From positions 90,956,001 through 91,020,000 of the forward strand of contig NC_045696.1 of the NCBI RefSeq assembly GCF_009834535.1: 64,000 nucleotides of DNA. Reading direction: 5' to 3'. Under the pieces are notes generated by a model, which saw only the letters and a list, made by a program, of their open reading frames with translations, had not been told where the DNA came from and searched no databases. The position numbers were made by a program, and so were the translations under genes. Source of the DNA: Camelus ferus (Eukaryota). Shown one piece after another: positions 47,780 to 59,570 of the stretch. Numbering within the stretch: position 1 is the stretch's first letter; every line of letters starts with the position of its first letter.

Positions 47780-49590
47780 AAATTTGTATTCTCAAACTGA
47801 TCTATACATTTAGTATAATTTATGTCAAAACCTAAATTGGGCTTTTTTTTAAACAGGATGTTGAAAAAATTTTCAAAATTTCTTCCAGAAAAGTGAACAT
47901 CCCAAAATAGATGGGAAAATTTTTAGAAAAGAAAATTATTATGATTGGGAATAGGGTACCTAATCAGGAATCATTATGAATTATAATGACTCAATAAATT
48001 AAAACTGAATGGTGTTAGCACAGTAGTAAACAGTCAGTGGGACTTTGTATATGTAATAATATGATAAAATTGATGATAATCGCTAGTCACAATATTAAAC
48101 AAATTGTGCTGGGAAGATTGACCTATCATTTATAAAAAATAAAGTTATATTCTTACTTTATATTTTATACAAAAGAAATTCCATGTAAATTAAAAATTTA
48201 ACAATAAAAGGTAAAATGATAAAAACATTTAGAAGAAATTGTGGATGAAAGCAGTGAAATCTCAGGGTAGAGAAGGACTTTCAAAGCATGACTGAAGGCT
48301 GAAATCATAAAGGGAAAATGGATATCTGTACATTTAAAACTGTGGAATGACAAAATAGACTACAAACTAAGGTACAAACACGAATGCTAAACTGAGACGT
48401 GTTGCTGCATATAGCAAAACGTAAAGATAAGGAGCTCTTTCAAGTAAATAACAAAATGGTAATTTTTCTCTTAGAAAAATGTGCTAGAGACTTAAGCAGG
48501 CAATTCAGTAAAGCAGTACAAATGGCCAAGAAACAACTTTAAAATGTTCAGTGTTACTTGTAATCAAAGAAATGCAAGTTAAAAGCAAAAACAAATGGTG
48601 TCCAATTTTGTAGGACTGCCAATATCCAATGTAGTCAGGGTATGGGGAAAAAGGCATTGCCAGACCTAGATTATAGGAGAACATATCTTTCAACTTGGCA
48701 AATCTATTTTTAAAACTATATTTTAGAGAAAATGACCCAGATTATAAGGAGAACATATCTTTCAACTTGGCAAATCTTTTTAAAAAAGTGTATCTTAAAG
48801 AAAATGACTGTGTATATGTACAATATATGTACAAAGATGTTTACATTGGAATTTTAAAATAATAGTGAAAAATTGGAAACAGCTTAAATACTTGGCAAGA
48901 GGGAATTGGCAGAGTTCTACAACAGACATTTACATACAACAGACATAAATGTAGACATTTAAGAATGCTAATATGGCTATAAATTTATTGAATAGAGATT
49001 ATTCAATAATATCTATTATTGAGGTCCCTACCCACCCAAAAAAGCAAATGAAAACACAGTATATAAAGTACGATTCTTTTTTTTTTTTGTAAAAAATAAA
49101 AAATACTTGTGTAAACTTAGGAAGAAGTTAGGAAGGGTAATCATCTAATTTTTAATAGGGGTTACTCCTAGAGTTGGGATTACATTAGCAATAAAGTTTT
49201 ACTTTTTTTGTGTTTTCGGATTTTAAAATAAAATTTTTACAAATTATAATTGTAAGACTTAGTAAGTTAGAACTAATACTTTAAAATACTAAAAGCATTT
49301 ATAGTAAGGTTGTAAGATTATTAGGTGATTTAAAAATTTTGTTTTCCAAAATTTCTATTACTCCAAGATACTCAAAAATAGTTGTATTACTCTTATATTC
49401 AGAAAATAAAAAATTAAAAAGGAAGCAGGTAAAATCTGTATATGAATATGTGCACACACACATACATGAAAAGTCTGGAATATTATACTTCAGAGTTGTA
49501 ATACTGTTTATTTCTGGATGGTGATAAATAATTTAAAAGCTTTCTTTTATTTATATGCATTTATTAATTAAAAATACATGAATTACTTGT
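47780..49590 (+). mobile_element. Ancient L1 (L1M/L1ME) ORF2-to-3' relics
   Basis: A-rich decayed ORF2 ('aaacaaattgtgctgggaagattg...aaacatttagaagaaa...acaaatggccaagaaaca...taatcaaagaaatgcaagttaaa') and 3' UTR-like pieces. Confidence 0.75.
48663..48808. repeat. Two-copy tandem duplication of about 71-72 bp
   Basis: Units 48663-48733 and 48734-48805 share 'ggagaacatatctttcaacttggcaaatct' exactly and diverge elsewhere. Confidence 0.92.
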
Positions 49591-50464
49591 AGAGTAACAA
49601 AATTATGGCATAAAGCCCCTTTAAAATTTTAACTAGTGTGATTTACCTTTATTAAAAAAAAATTCCTAAGTATAAATAAGAAACCTGGAACCAAAAAACA
49701 AAATAATGTGTGTTTAGTTTCTCAAAGGGAAAAGTTATTGTGAAAAATTTTAGCACCCCTGACATAATTTAGGACAACATGGAGTGACACACACAGAGGC
49801 TGGGCATCCTTGTCGCTCACCAAAATGTGGTTTTTCTTTCTAGTCCATGTCCTTAGTTTGCTGTCACCCACACAGGTTCACATGCATCAGTACTTGGAAT
49901 TGCAAAGTGAGTCTTGATTGATGGGTCCAAAGGGATTTTTAAATTTGGGATCCCAGGGACTATGGAGTGTGGGCTTTTGTCTCTGCTCTGGGTTTCTGTG
50001 TCCTTCCATGAGGGAGTTTAGCTTTATCCAGTCCCCAGGATGAAGAATGTATCACAAGAATGTTTCCTCAGGCCCGCCTCCCTGATGTCAGGGAGGTTCA
50101 GTTGGTCCCTGCAAGGGGCTCTTGCTTCTGTTAAGATGACTGGCACTTCAACCATCAGCGAAGTTTCAATTTTCCTTTCACTCTCAAATCCAAGGGGGAG
50201 ACGGCGAGTCCCCACTTCACACCGACCTCCCTGCCCGCCTCTTCCCCGGCCAGCTTTCATACCTCTTGTGATGCCTGTAGTGTCTGTCTTATCACGGCAG
50301 TCTATCCACTGACGGTGCGTTGGGTCGTCTTGTGTTTCTTGTTATTTTTCAATGTGTGCATCTTGACATACTCCTTCAGGATAGGATACATGCCTTTAAA
50401 TGCTCAGAAATTATTCTGTATTCTTGTACAACAGAGGTAGCCCTATATAGGAGGGGAAGGTTAT

Positions 50465-50740
50465 TGTTGGAGGCCATGAATTCTACTCCCAGCTCTGTTA
50501 CTGAGTGAACCTTGAACACTCACCTTCCTTTTCAGTTTCTATTTTTCCTTTCCTTTCCTTTCCTTTCCTTTCCTTTCCTTTCCTTTCCTTTCCTTTCCTT
50601 TCCTTTCCTTTCCTTTCCTTTCCTTTCCTTTCCTTTTCTTTCCTTTCCTTCCTTTACTCTCTCTCTGTCTCTGTCTCTCCCTTCCTCCCTCCCTTTCTTT
50701 CTTCTTCTTCTTTTTTTGAAAATAAGGCATAGGACTGCAT
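50465..50740 (+). mobile_element. MIR fragment split by a polypyrimidine microsatellite
   Basis: 'cccagctctgttactgagtgaaccttgaacactcacc...ttcagtttct' then, after the repeat, 'tgaaaataaggcata'. Confidence 0.55.
50544..50716. repeat. (TTTCC)18 plus CT-rich low-complexity tail
   Basis: Perfect pentamer 50544-50633, then degenerate CT/TTC. Confidence 0.97.
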
Positions 50741-50934
50741 TTAAAATCACAAACTGAATTCTAAAGTGCTACTAAAAGCAAGGTGGGTAACAGCATGACT
50801 GAAGCAGGCCAGCTATAAGAAGACTACTTCTCAAAAGATATATGGCCTTCTTGACCTATTTTTCCTACATTTGAGAAACATATGGGTACTCAGAACTTAC
50901 TGCATTTTTATAAGAGAAACAATAGTGCAATAAC

Positions 50935-51230
50935 AATAACAAATGGCAACTGGTGCTCTGCCTCCATATTGGGGATATACAGGGAGTGGTGGGGACTGTA
51001 GCAAACTGAATGCTTGTGACTGGTGTTGTCACGTTGATTGTTACCATGTTGGATTGGGGGCCAGGCTTTCCAGGTCCTTGAGTTTTTAAGAGAAGCCCAA
51101 TATGTAGCTGTTTATGTTAAATCTCCTGATTCTTGCATGCTGGCAAGTAATGTAAATAGATTGAAAACAGTGGAAGGTAAACACATCTGTAGACCCCATC
51201 CAGTTTGAGGGCTGAACGCTTGCATTTCTG
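50935..51230. mobile_element. MER102-type hAT-Charlie element
   Basis: 'gggagtggtggggactgtagcaaactg...gattgttaccatg...tttttaagagaagcc...tttatgttaaatctcctgatt...aaacacatctg'. Confidence 0.8.
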
Positions 51231-51999
51231 TACTCAAGACTGTCTAGGAGCCTTATTGCTCAATTATTCTACTCCGTCTGACCGGAAACGCTGTTACGTG
51301 AACTTGGACAGGCTCCTTACCAATTTCCCTGAACTGATTTATAAGAAAATGCTCATTTTATCAAGAGTATTATTTAAGATATTGAAACTCCTTTCAACAT
51401 TTCCAAGGAGGAAACAATAATGCCTATAAAAGAAGCTTGACATTAGGAAAAAAAAAAAGTCTTATGTTTTTCCTTGAGTCTCAGAATCATAAACAATCAG
51501 AACTGGTATGATGGTAGAGGGAAAGTGGATGGTGTGTAAAATAAAATACTGGCTGGCTAGAGGACATGTGAAAACAACTGAAGATGGACATTCTGAAGAA
51601 ATGAAGGGGATTTGAAGGAAGGGTAGATCATGAACGAAAGGGCCCCTCTTTGATCTTCTGTCTGCAGAGAGGTGATAGAAATAATGCCTTTCCTCTCACA
51701 CACTTCTTTTGCCTTTAGGACTGAACATTTGTTTTCAATTTTAACAGTTACATTGCACGCTTTCATTACACCATTGTCTAAAATATTGCTGAGGCCCTAA
51801 CCGTTGTAATTTATCTTTTGTACTATATAATTTGGAACCGTTCAGGCCAGAAAGGAACATCTGTATTGAAAGGTTGAACTCAACACAGTTTAGAGTCCTA
51901 CATTGGGCCCATTCTAAGGTCAGTTTCTTCATAAACTTCGTTATCACTGTTGGTTTTATTCATTCTATTTGACATATTAAGCTTCTGTATCTTGGCATA

Positions 52000-52700
52000 A
52001 AGGACACAATATTGCAGCATATTGGCAAGCTCATTTGCTTTTCCCAGCTAGTGTTGTGTCCAAATATCAATCCCCAGGGATGAACACATGTATATCGACT
52101 GCAGGAAAATGAAGCTTAGCAGCAGGTGGCCTTTTGGTGCCTAATGAACATGGCAATCTGTTACTATCACCGCGGTGCTTTTCACCAGACAATTAGGCAA
52201 CTAAGCATGTAATTATTCAGGCCAACAAGAAGAGGCTCTCCTCTAATTTCATCTTTTCATTGCTGTTTACTCACCCACACTCCCCTCATTAGTGAGAGAT
52301 TTTCCAGTCTATGCTAATTGGTTTCAATAACATTCATTTCAGTTGAAAGAAAACGATTCCGTTAATTGAGAATCGAAAGAATCTTTTCATTTTAAGTGCG
52401 TCCTGCTATGGAAATCTGAATACTCTCAACAGGTTCGAGCTAATGAAATTAAGTCACACAGCCATTAGTGGTGTAATAGAAATAAAGTAATTTATTTTCA
52501 TTGAAGCATGTGCTATAGGTCCAGAACAATTAATACAGCTTGAAGAAGTTAGTAACTTGTAAAAAAAAATAGATCGAGGATAAACAAGATTATTTCCCTT
52601 ATAATGGCTTGTATAATTCTTGGTTTAAACCCCTTGTCCTTTTGGTGCCACTTTCGAAGCATTTAAAGCGAACAGAACTCATTTGCAAAATGATGCTTTT
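52000..52700. promoter_or_regulatory. Strong candidate conserved non-coding element / developmental enhancer
   Basis: No repeat signature, about a dozen TAAT/ATTA cores, locally retained CpGs, caccgcggtg palindrome, FOX-like tgtttac, and CTCF/E-box-like gcagcaggtggc. Confidence 0.55.
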
Positions 52701-53489
52701 CTAATTGTGTATGAAAAGCCCTGTTACTTCCTATAGCAGCCACTTAAATGTATCAAGATGACTCACTTGGTTAGCTGTATTGGATATTTTAAGCTGAATG
52801 TGCTTATAAAACTTTTACAGCAAAACAATTAAGTCAACCTGAGTATTTCGGTCTTTATGTAGCATCAGCATATTTACATGTGTATGATTTAGAAGTGTAC
52901 TGAGTCGTATGTCACAGCTATTTTCGTTTGATGGCCCTTGGAATCCATCACAGGTATTATGATATTCAGGCACTGCAGTGTCAGTTCCAGGAACAGACAG
53001 AGACAGAATTTTAAAAATGAGGTGCTACAAATGTGTTTATACAAAAAACATACCCCTCCAAACTAAATTATCAAAGAAAAATCTTAAGTATAAAAGAAAT
53101 AAAAGACCTTAGTTTGGGATGCCTGTTACAATTCTGTATCGACAAAGTACCCCCGATTAGAAAACTAGTATATTTTCTCACCAGCAAGAATTTATTTATT
53201 TTTAAAGCAAATGTCTTCCAGTTTCAGAGGGTGAAATATTGAATACATTACTTTTACACATACAAAAATGTACCTATATCATGACACTTTTACCAAAATT
53301 CTCATATCTTATTTAGTTGTTATTTTTTTAATGGAATAATCAATATGAAGCCATTTGGGTTGCTGTCAGACTAGCTGCCTGTGTATAAAATTCCCTTTCC
53401 TTCTCACACACAAGAACTGGAGTTCTGCTGTGGCCATTAGTATATAGTGCAGGTCTGCTTGTTTCTAGAAGCTCCTGCAGATGTAGGTT

Positions 53490-53712
53490 AGTGGGTGGGT
53501 GGGAGGGTGGGAGAGGGTGGTGCGTTATGCAAATGTTTATTTTTTTTTTACTTAGATTCAAAAATGCATAATGGGGACAGACTTACAAAATAATACACTG
53601 CATAGCGTTATGAATATTTCAAAGAATTATTTCTTTATTTTGTGCATAGCTCAGAGTGCTGACATTTGATTTATAGCTGCATGGATGTACCTGGGGTTGC
53701 TAAGGTTACCCA
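53490..53712. promoter_or_regulatory. Candidate regulatory module: G-quadruplex motif, octamer sites and X-box
   Basis: Six GGG tracts 53493-53517; ATGCAAAT 53527-53534; ATGAATAT 53610-53617; GTTGCTAAGGTTAC 53696-53709. Confidence 0.4.
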
Positions 53713-55014
53713 ATTTCATTCACCCATAGATATTTGAGATCTACATAATGCCATCACATCCTCCACTGCATTTCAAAGTGATGTTGATAAATGGTGCCTT
53801 CCTTAGATGATATTTCCATTTAGATGTGATATATCTCATGATTTCTGTCTTTTAAAATATTGTGGTTGATGAAATTTTACATTATGTGCATATACAGAAA
53901 GCAGGGATACATATTTTTTTTTTCAATTTTAAAGGTTCAAAAAACTGTGAAGAGTGGGCTTCCCCTCCCCCCTGCCCTGCACCTATTCCCATATGTTGAG
54001 GGCTTACTGTGACTAATATTGAGTTCTTTTTTTTCTTAAGAGAAAAAAACTCACATTATTGTTTGTCTTATGTTTAGAGATATAACAAAAGACTAGCTAG
54101 TCACCTGCAATCGTTTTTATAATGTTTCATATCTTTGCAACAAAGGCTTAAGATTTTCTAAAAAATGAAAACATCTTTTGGGATTTTGATAACAAACCTA
54201 TGGAAGTTATTTTTTTCCAACAGATCTTTTTTAGAAGTAACACTTATAAGATTCTCTTTCTCTCTTTATGTACATATATACATACATATGTATATATATA
54301 TATGCACACACATGCACACTCATGCACATATATAATTTATAATATATATTTTGCTATTGCTTACAATGATCACTGACCTTTTAGTTTGTAATGTATCCCA
54401 GTCCTAGAAAGAAGTTGTCTTCAGGGTCTCCCAACTTCAAAGGAATAAGACATCAGACCTATGGAAGAAAACAGTAAAAAGCTGTTAAAAAATATCCGTA
54501 GGTTTCTGCAAGAAGAATAGACCTGGCTTCATGGGGCAATAAAGTCACCGGCGGAGAGAGGTGAACACATACAAAGAGTCATTAGCCCCATCTTATGAAG
54601 GACTAATATGCAGATTACATGGTTTCATTTCTCCCTAATCAGCTGGGTTGAGTTCTGAAAAATTAGTTTTTGACTTCCCTCATCTGAGTGAGAAAACAGT
54701 AATGGAAAAGGTTGGGATGATGAAATGCAGGAAGGATTTATAGGGGGCTGTGGTTAAGGCACCATATTCTTTGGAAGGAAACAGAGATAGGTTGGCTAGG
54801 AATAAAGGATAGGGAGTGAAAGAGTGGAGCAGAGAGGTGGTTGAGAGGAGACAACTGGACTGGAGAAAAGCCACTGGGGAGGGTCTGAGGAGGGATAAAG
54901 GGCCAAGAGAGTGGAGAATGACAGAAGGGGTGACTTTCCAATGGGCTGAGAAGAAGTCGCAGTGCGTGACAGGCTTAGCCACACCTAATGAGGTTCTGTG
55001 CGGTGAATGTTTTT

Positions 55015-55365
55015 AGAAGATTACAACATGGTGGCCTGCAGATCTGTTTTGTTAGGCTGTACAGTATTAAAAATATTTTGAATTGGCTGCAACAATTTAT
55101 ACATTGAAACTTCTCAGAAAAGTTCTAAGTTTTGGATACTTCTGCAAAATCAGATCTGGCAACACTGGATCTGCATTCCTGGATGAAGCAAGTAAATGGA
55201 GTGGAGGAGTGTCTGACCCCTTTACAGGACTAAGCCTCTCCAGGTTGCCACAGTCCCCTCCCCACCCTGCAAACCCAGCTCCTTATATTAATACATCTAG
55301 TTCCTTTGGGCAGGTGAGCATACTCCTGCTTGGCTCCTGTAGCTATGTAACTTTGCAACTCCTTG
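55015..55365. mobile_element. MER102-type element, opposite orientation to the copy at 50935
   Basis: 'aaaatcagatctggcaacactggatctgcattcc...ctctccaggttgccacagtcccctccccaccc'. Confidence 0.8.
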
Positions 55366-55585
55366 TTCTGCTCCACACCTAATACCTTGCAGATAGTTGA
55401 TGATCAATAAATATTTGTTGAATGAATGGAAGATAACACCTTGTTATATTATGTACACGCAGGTCTATTCTCCATGGGAGATTGTGAGATCTAGTAGGGT
55501 AAAGACTGTCTTATTCATCTTTGTATCTTCAGTGTCAACACAGCAAAGTAAATATTTAATCGACACTGCACACATATTGTGAGGC
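55366..55585 (+). mobile_element. L2 3'-tail fragments (two)
   Basis: 'tcaataaatatttgttgaatgaatgg' and 'gattgtgagatctagtagggtaaagactgtcttattcatctttgtatc'. Confidence 0.7.
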
Positions 55586-56139
55586 CAAGTAGTTGCTCTC
55601 CTTATATAGAGAAAGGCTATTATTACAATTGAGAGATGGGAGACAGTAGGTCTGCTAAACTGGTGGCCACAGTAAGCCAAGCAAGAGCACACAGCTCAGG
55701 CCTGGGTGCCAAATACGCTGATCTCATTTGGACATTGTCTCTGTTAGCTCTCAGGCTGTCAGAAAGCCCTACCTTTTACCCTCTTTGGTTGCCCCTCCTG
55801 CCTTTGATTTAATTGATCTTGACCCAACTTGATCTGCCTCTGGACCCCTTCTGCTTTCCCTTTAAATTATGATTCACTTTTTACCCTTCATTTGCCTCTC
55901 CTTTGAGTCTGATTACTCATCTCTTCATTTTCCTACTTAGCCATCTCCAAATTGATGGTGCCCAATTTTACACTTTTCTGCCACATGTTTGCCTAGGATT
56001 TAAGGCAGAGAATAGGTAGTAATGATGGGGAGTGGAGAAGAAGGAACTGGAATTGTCCATATACCTTCAGTGTTCTGTTCATAATTCCTGAACAAAACCC
56101 ATCACCAAAAAGGCTGTTTGGGGGAGGTCATCAGAAGTA

Positions 56140-56372
56140 CAGGTTCAGGTGCCAGATTTCTTGGGTTTGTGTTCTGAGTCTGCCTCTTATTAGTTCTGTG
56201 ACCTTGGGTAAACTGTTTAACCTTGCTGACCTCAATGTTCTCATTTGTAAAATAAAGGTAATAATAGTGTGACTTATAATGTCATTGTGAAGATTGAATG
56301 AGTAAATAAAGGTTCAGTGCCTAGAACAGTTGCTGGCATATACTAAATACTCAATAGATGTCATCTGTTATA
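56140..56372 (+). mobile_element. MIR SINE
   Basis: 'tctgcctcttattagttctgtgaccttgggtaaactgtttaacc...cctcaatgttctcatttgtaaaataaaggtaataatag...tgcctagaacagttgctggcata'. Confidence 0.9.
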
Positions 56373-56641
56373 TCTTAGTCATTTGTTTACCCTCATTCCC
56401 AAGCCCTTTGGTTGGTTCCATGATCACTGAATCACCAGTTACACAGACTTTTCTTTCCCAGATATTTTTAGGATCTTTGAGCATAATAAAACATATTATT
56501 TGAAGAGAAAATGTAAAGCTGGATTAAATCAAAAGAATGAAAGAAAACTATGCATCCTCATATTTATGTACAAAGGGTTGTCCAGGTGTTAGTGGTAATA
56601 TATCAGGGTCTTCTAGAAGTCTCTCCACTGATGTTTTAAGT

Positions 56642-56972
56642 ACAGGATTAGAGTCCTTTATTTGCAATCTGAAAACTCAAAAAGCTCTGAAAAGTAATTT
56701 TTTTTCTTTTCAGTCTTTGGTAGCAAGATATGACCTGCATTTGTTGGTTAGATTCTACCCTGAGCTGGCAAAAAGCTATTTTCAGTCTTTATCTCATGTA
56801 GGGTGAATATTCTAAATTTTCTGCAAAAATATTAGTATATTTAATTATGAGGTGCTGTCTCAAACTCTACTCTGGGTGTTATATGACATATAATATATGC
56901 ATGTTATCTTTCTAAAATCTGAAAAATTCTAAATTCCAAAGCAATCTGTCCAAAGGTTTGTGGATCTCTGCA
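56642..56972. mobile_element. MER46C-type TcMar-Tigger MITE
   Basis: 'caaaaagctctgaaa...gctattttcagtctttatctca...gtgaatattc...ctttctaaaatctgaaaaattctaaattcc'. Confidence 0.75.
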
Positions 56973-57064
56973 ATTATATCTATTCTTGCTTGGACCAGGG
57001 AAACACTATCTTATTTTTAACCCACTCACCTCCCTCCCATGCCAACCACAGTACTCTGCATCAC

Positions 57065-57257
57065 CCATTCATTTAATCAGTATTTACTGAGTGATTGCTA
57101 AGTACCAGACACTGTTCTAGGCTCTCAGATACAGTGTAGTTTTCGTCCTTGTGTTCATGAGTTTTATACTCTGCCTGGAGAAGAGATTCAATAAAGAAAT
57201 AAGAGCATTTCAGTGTCTTTTATAATACAGTGATGGAGTGGGGAATTACTCTGCATG

Positions 57258-57318
<61 letters not shown>

Positions 57319-57735
57319 TGTGTAAGCCACTTTAGACAGGCTGGTTAAAGAAGACCTCTTTGAGAGGTGACATTTGGATGGAAACCTGAATGATTAGAGC
57401 AAATCAGCCATGCAGTGAGCTGGGCAAGAGTGTTTCAGGAAGAGCAAATAGTAACTATAAAATCTCCAAGGCCAGAATGAGCTTGACAGTTTCCAGAAGT
57501 GGAAAGAAGACTTATGTGGTTGGGGCAATATTGAACTCTGATGGAAAACGGTGAAAGATGCAGTCAGACATGATTTCATAGTCCTTTTGGAGAAGGGAAG
57601 ACGTTTGGATTTTATTCTACATGTAATAGGAACTGTTGGAGGATTTTAAGCAAGGAAGTGACATAGTGGTTTTATGTTTTCAAAATATGCTGTTGAATGA
57701 CTATACATATGTGTTGTCAGTATTTCTGGAATGAA
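57065..57735 (-). mobile_element. L2 LINE 3' portion
   Basis: 'cattcatttaatcagtatttactgag...ccagacactgttctaggc...aagacctctttgagaggtgacattt...ggattttaagcaaggaagtgaca'. Confidence 0.85.
57259..57322. repeat. Interrupted (TG)n microsatellite
   Basis: TG run with two TTTG interruptions. Confidence 0.95.
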
Positions 57736-57739
57736 TAAT

Positions 57740-58224
57740 TTAGTTATTTAATTACATGTTGCATACAATGCATAGATCAAGTAAGAGAACCCCAAATAAC
57801 AGTGACTTAAATGAAGTAGTTTGTTTCTCTTGTGCACAGAAGCATGGAGGTTGGTAATTCCAGAGCTGATATGTGGATTTTGCTAGATGAAAAACTCAGA
57901 GCACAACCCGCCTTTCAAATCCCTGGTCCACTATCCCTAAGTGTAGACTTCATCCTTACGGTTCAAAATAGCAGCAAGAGCTCCAGCCATTGCATCTGTC
58001 TTCCAGGCCGCATGGTAGCTGAAGTGGGGAAGAATATATGCAGATTGTCTTGGAAGCTGACATATAACACCTCTGCTTACATCTAATTGGCCAAAACTTA
58101 GTCATATTGTCATAATTAACTGTAAAGATGGCTGAGAAATGTAGTCTTTATTCTGGGCAACTCTGTGAGCTAAAACTCAGGAGTATTACTGTTGTAGAAG
58201 AGGGAAGGCAGATAGTGAGGGCCA
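57740..58224 (-). mobile_element. MaLR LTR (MLT1J-type)
   Basis: 'cccaaataacagtgacttaaa...ttggccaaaacttagtcata...ggctgagaaatgtagtcttta...ctctgccata'. Confidence 0.8.
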
Positions 58225-58264
58225 TTTAGCAATATCTCTGCCATATAATTTGTGTTTTGAAAAC

Positions 58265-58381
58265 AGGATATGAAAAGAATATGAAAAGGAATATATATAA
58301 CTAAACCACTATGCTGTACACCAGAAACTAACACAACATTGTAAACTGACTATACTTCAAAAAAAAAAAAAAAAAAAAAAA
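58265..58381 (+). mobile_element. Very short camelid/artiodactyl L1 3' end with poly(A)
   Basis: 'cactatgctgtacaccagaaactaacacaacattgtaaactgactatacttc' followed by an uninterrupted A tract. Confidence 0.9.
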
Positions 58382-59219
58382 CCTCAATCACAGTTCATTA
58401 AACCTGGGTGACTTAGAGATCTGCTAGGTCAACTCCTCCTGTGGTACCATTTATACAGTTGCTTTAACGGAGCTCCAGAAATTAACATGAAGCATGCAGA
58501 GTCTCCTGGAGAGTCAGCAGCTCCACTGAGGGGAGCATGTTGCTTCTTTGGGTCTTCTTAGCAGGAGCCAGACTGTTACTCTAACTAGTCATGCAGGCCC
58601 TAACCCCCTACTCCCTCACACAGCAATAGCCAGTAGAATTGGGTGGAACGAGTTGTTTTGAGTGTTTTTTAAATGCCAACCTCAAAAGCATAAGAAGCAC
58701 TAATCTAAAAGGTTACTATTGAGAAAACTCATTTATTAGTTCCCCAAAAGAGGATCTTTGGGGTCATGGTCAGAAAGTACTAGGTTTAAACCAGGGATGG
58801 GCCTTTAACAGGTGGGGTCTTCCAGCTCCCACAGTCAGTTTTTATCCCCCCCCTTTATTTCTTATTTTTAAAAATATTCAAGCCCTGATGAGCAACGAAT
58901 TCCCCAGAGCAGAATAGAGATGACCCTATGGAGCACTGGGCTCTGTTGATCGGAATTGCTTTTACCTTCTGGAAAGAGAATAGGCCACAAAGGATCAATC
59001 TTTTTTCTGTTGTATCTCTTTCAAGTTGAACTGCATTGGACAATGAGTGGATTAAAAAAAATCCTATGGCCTGGTGTGCCTCAGATGCATTTGCCAATTT
59101 TAACATCATTCTCCAAGTTATATAAAACTGGAGAATAAATGCCCAAGCCTTCTGTATGTTGAGCAGTTACTTCCCAGGCAGGGATCACATTTGTAACAAA
59201 TCACCTCAGAGATGCATTT

Positions 59220-59570
59220 TGTAAGTGAAGTGAAGAAATCATTAGCGAAGCAATATTTGAAGAAGCAGACTGGCCCAGTTCTGAAAGCAACTCTATTTTA
59301 ACCTTTAAAAGATACCATTTTACTTACCAGACTGCTTATTACAATTACACAGTGTTTTCCTTGGCCCCTGGCTCCATTAAACATATGTTTTATAGCAAGT
59401 TCTCAATTACATTATCCTGACAGGCTGGCTCATACGGGCATGTTATAAAGTAGAGAGATTGCAAAGCGCTAAACTCGCCCTCATTAAGTTTATAGTTTTA
59501 TTACCTTGTTTAGGGCACTTTTTCTTCCCTTCCTCTCACCAGCTTTCTTTTGTGACATTTAATTTGTAAG
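59220..59570. promoter_or_regulatory. Candidate enhancer-like block
   Basis: Repeat-free; caattac twice, ccattaa, ttttatag, gttataaa, tcattaag, ttttattac; CpG retention; palindrome aaacatatgttt. Confidence 0.4.

Noticed and set aside
48663..48808. Repeat-spacer-repeat appearance (CRISPR-like)
   Set aside because: Only two units, the 'spacers' are homologous to each other, the context is mammalian L1, and there are no cas genes.
50505..50757. FPFLS / KERKG repeat ORFs
   Set aside because: Translations of the (TTTCC)n microsatellite.
52165..52180. tatcaccgcggtg resembles the phage lambda operator consensus
   Set aside because: Short coincidental match in mammalian DNA with no phage sequence nearby.
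54680..55016. Cluster of four overlapping ORFs
   Set aside because: Purine/pyrimidine-skewed sequence, probably a decayed L2 interior; low stop-codon density explains the ORFs.
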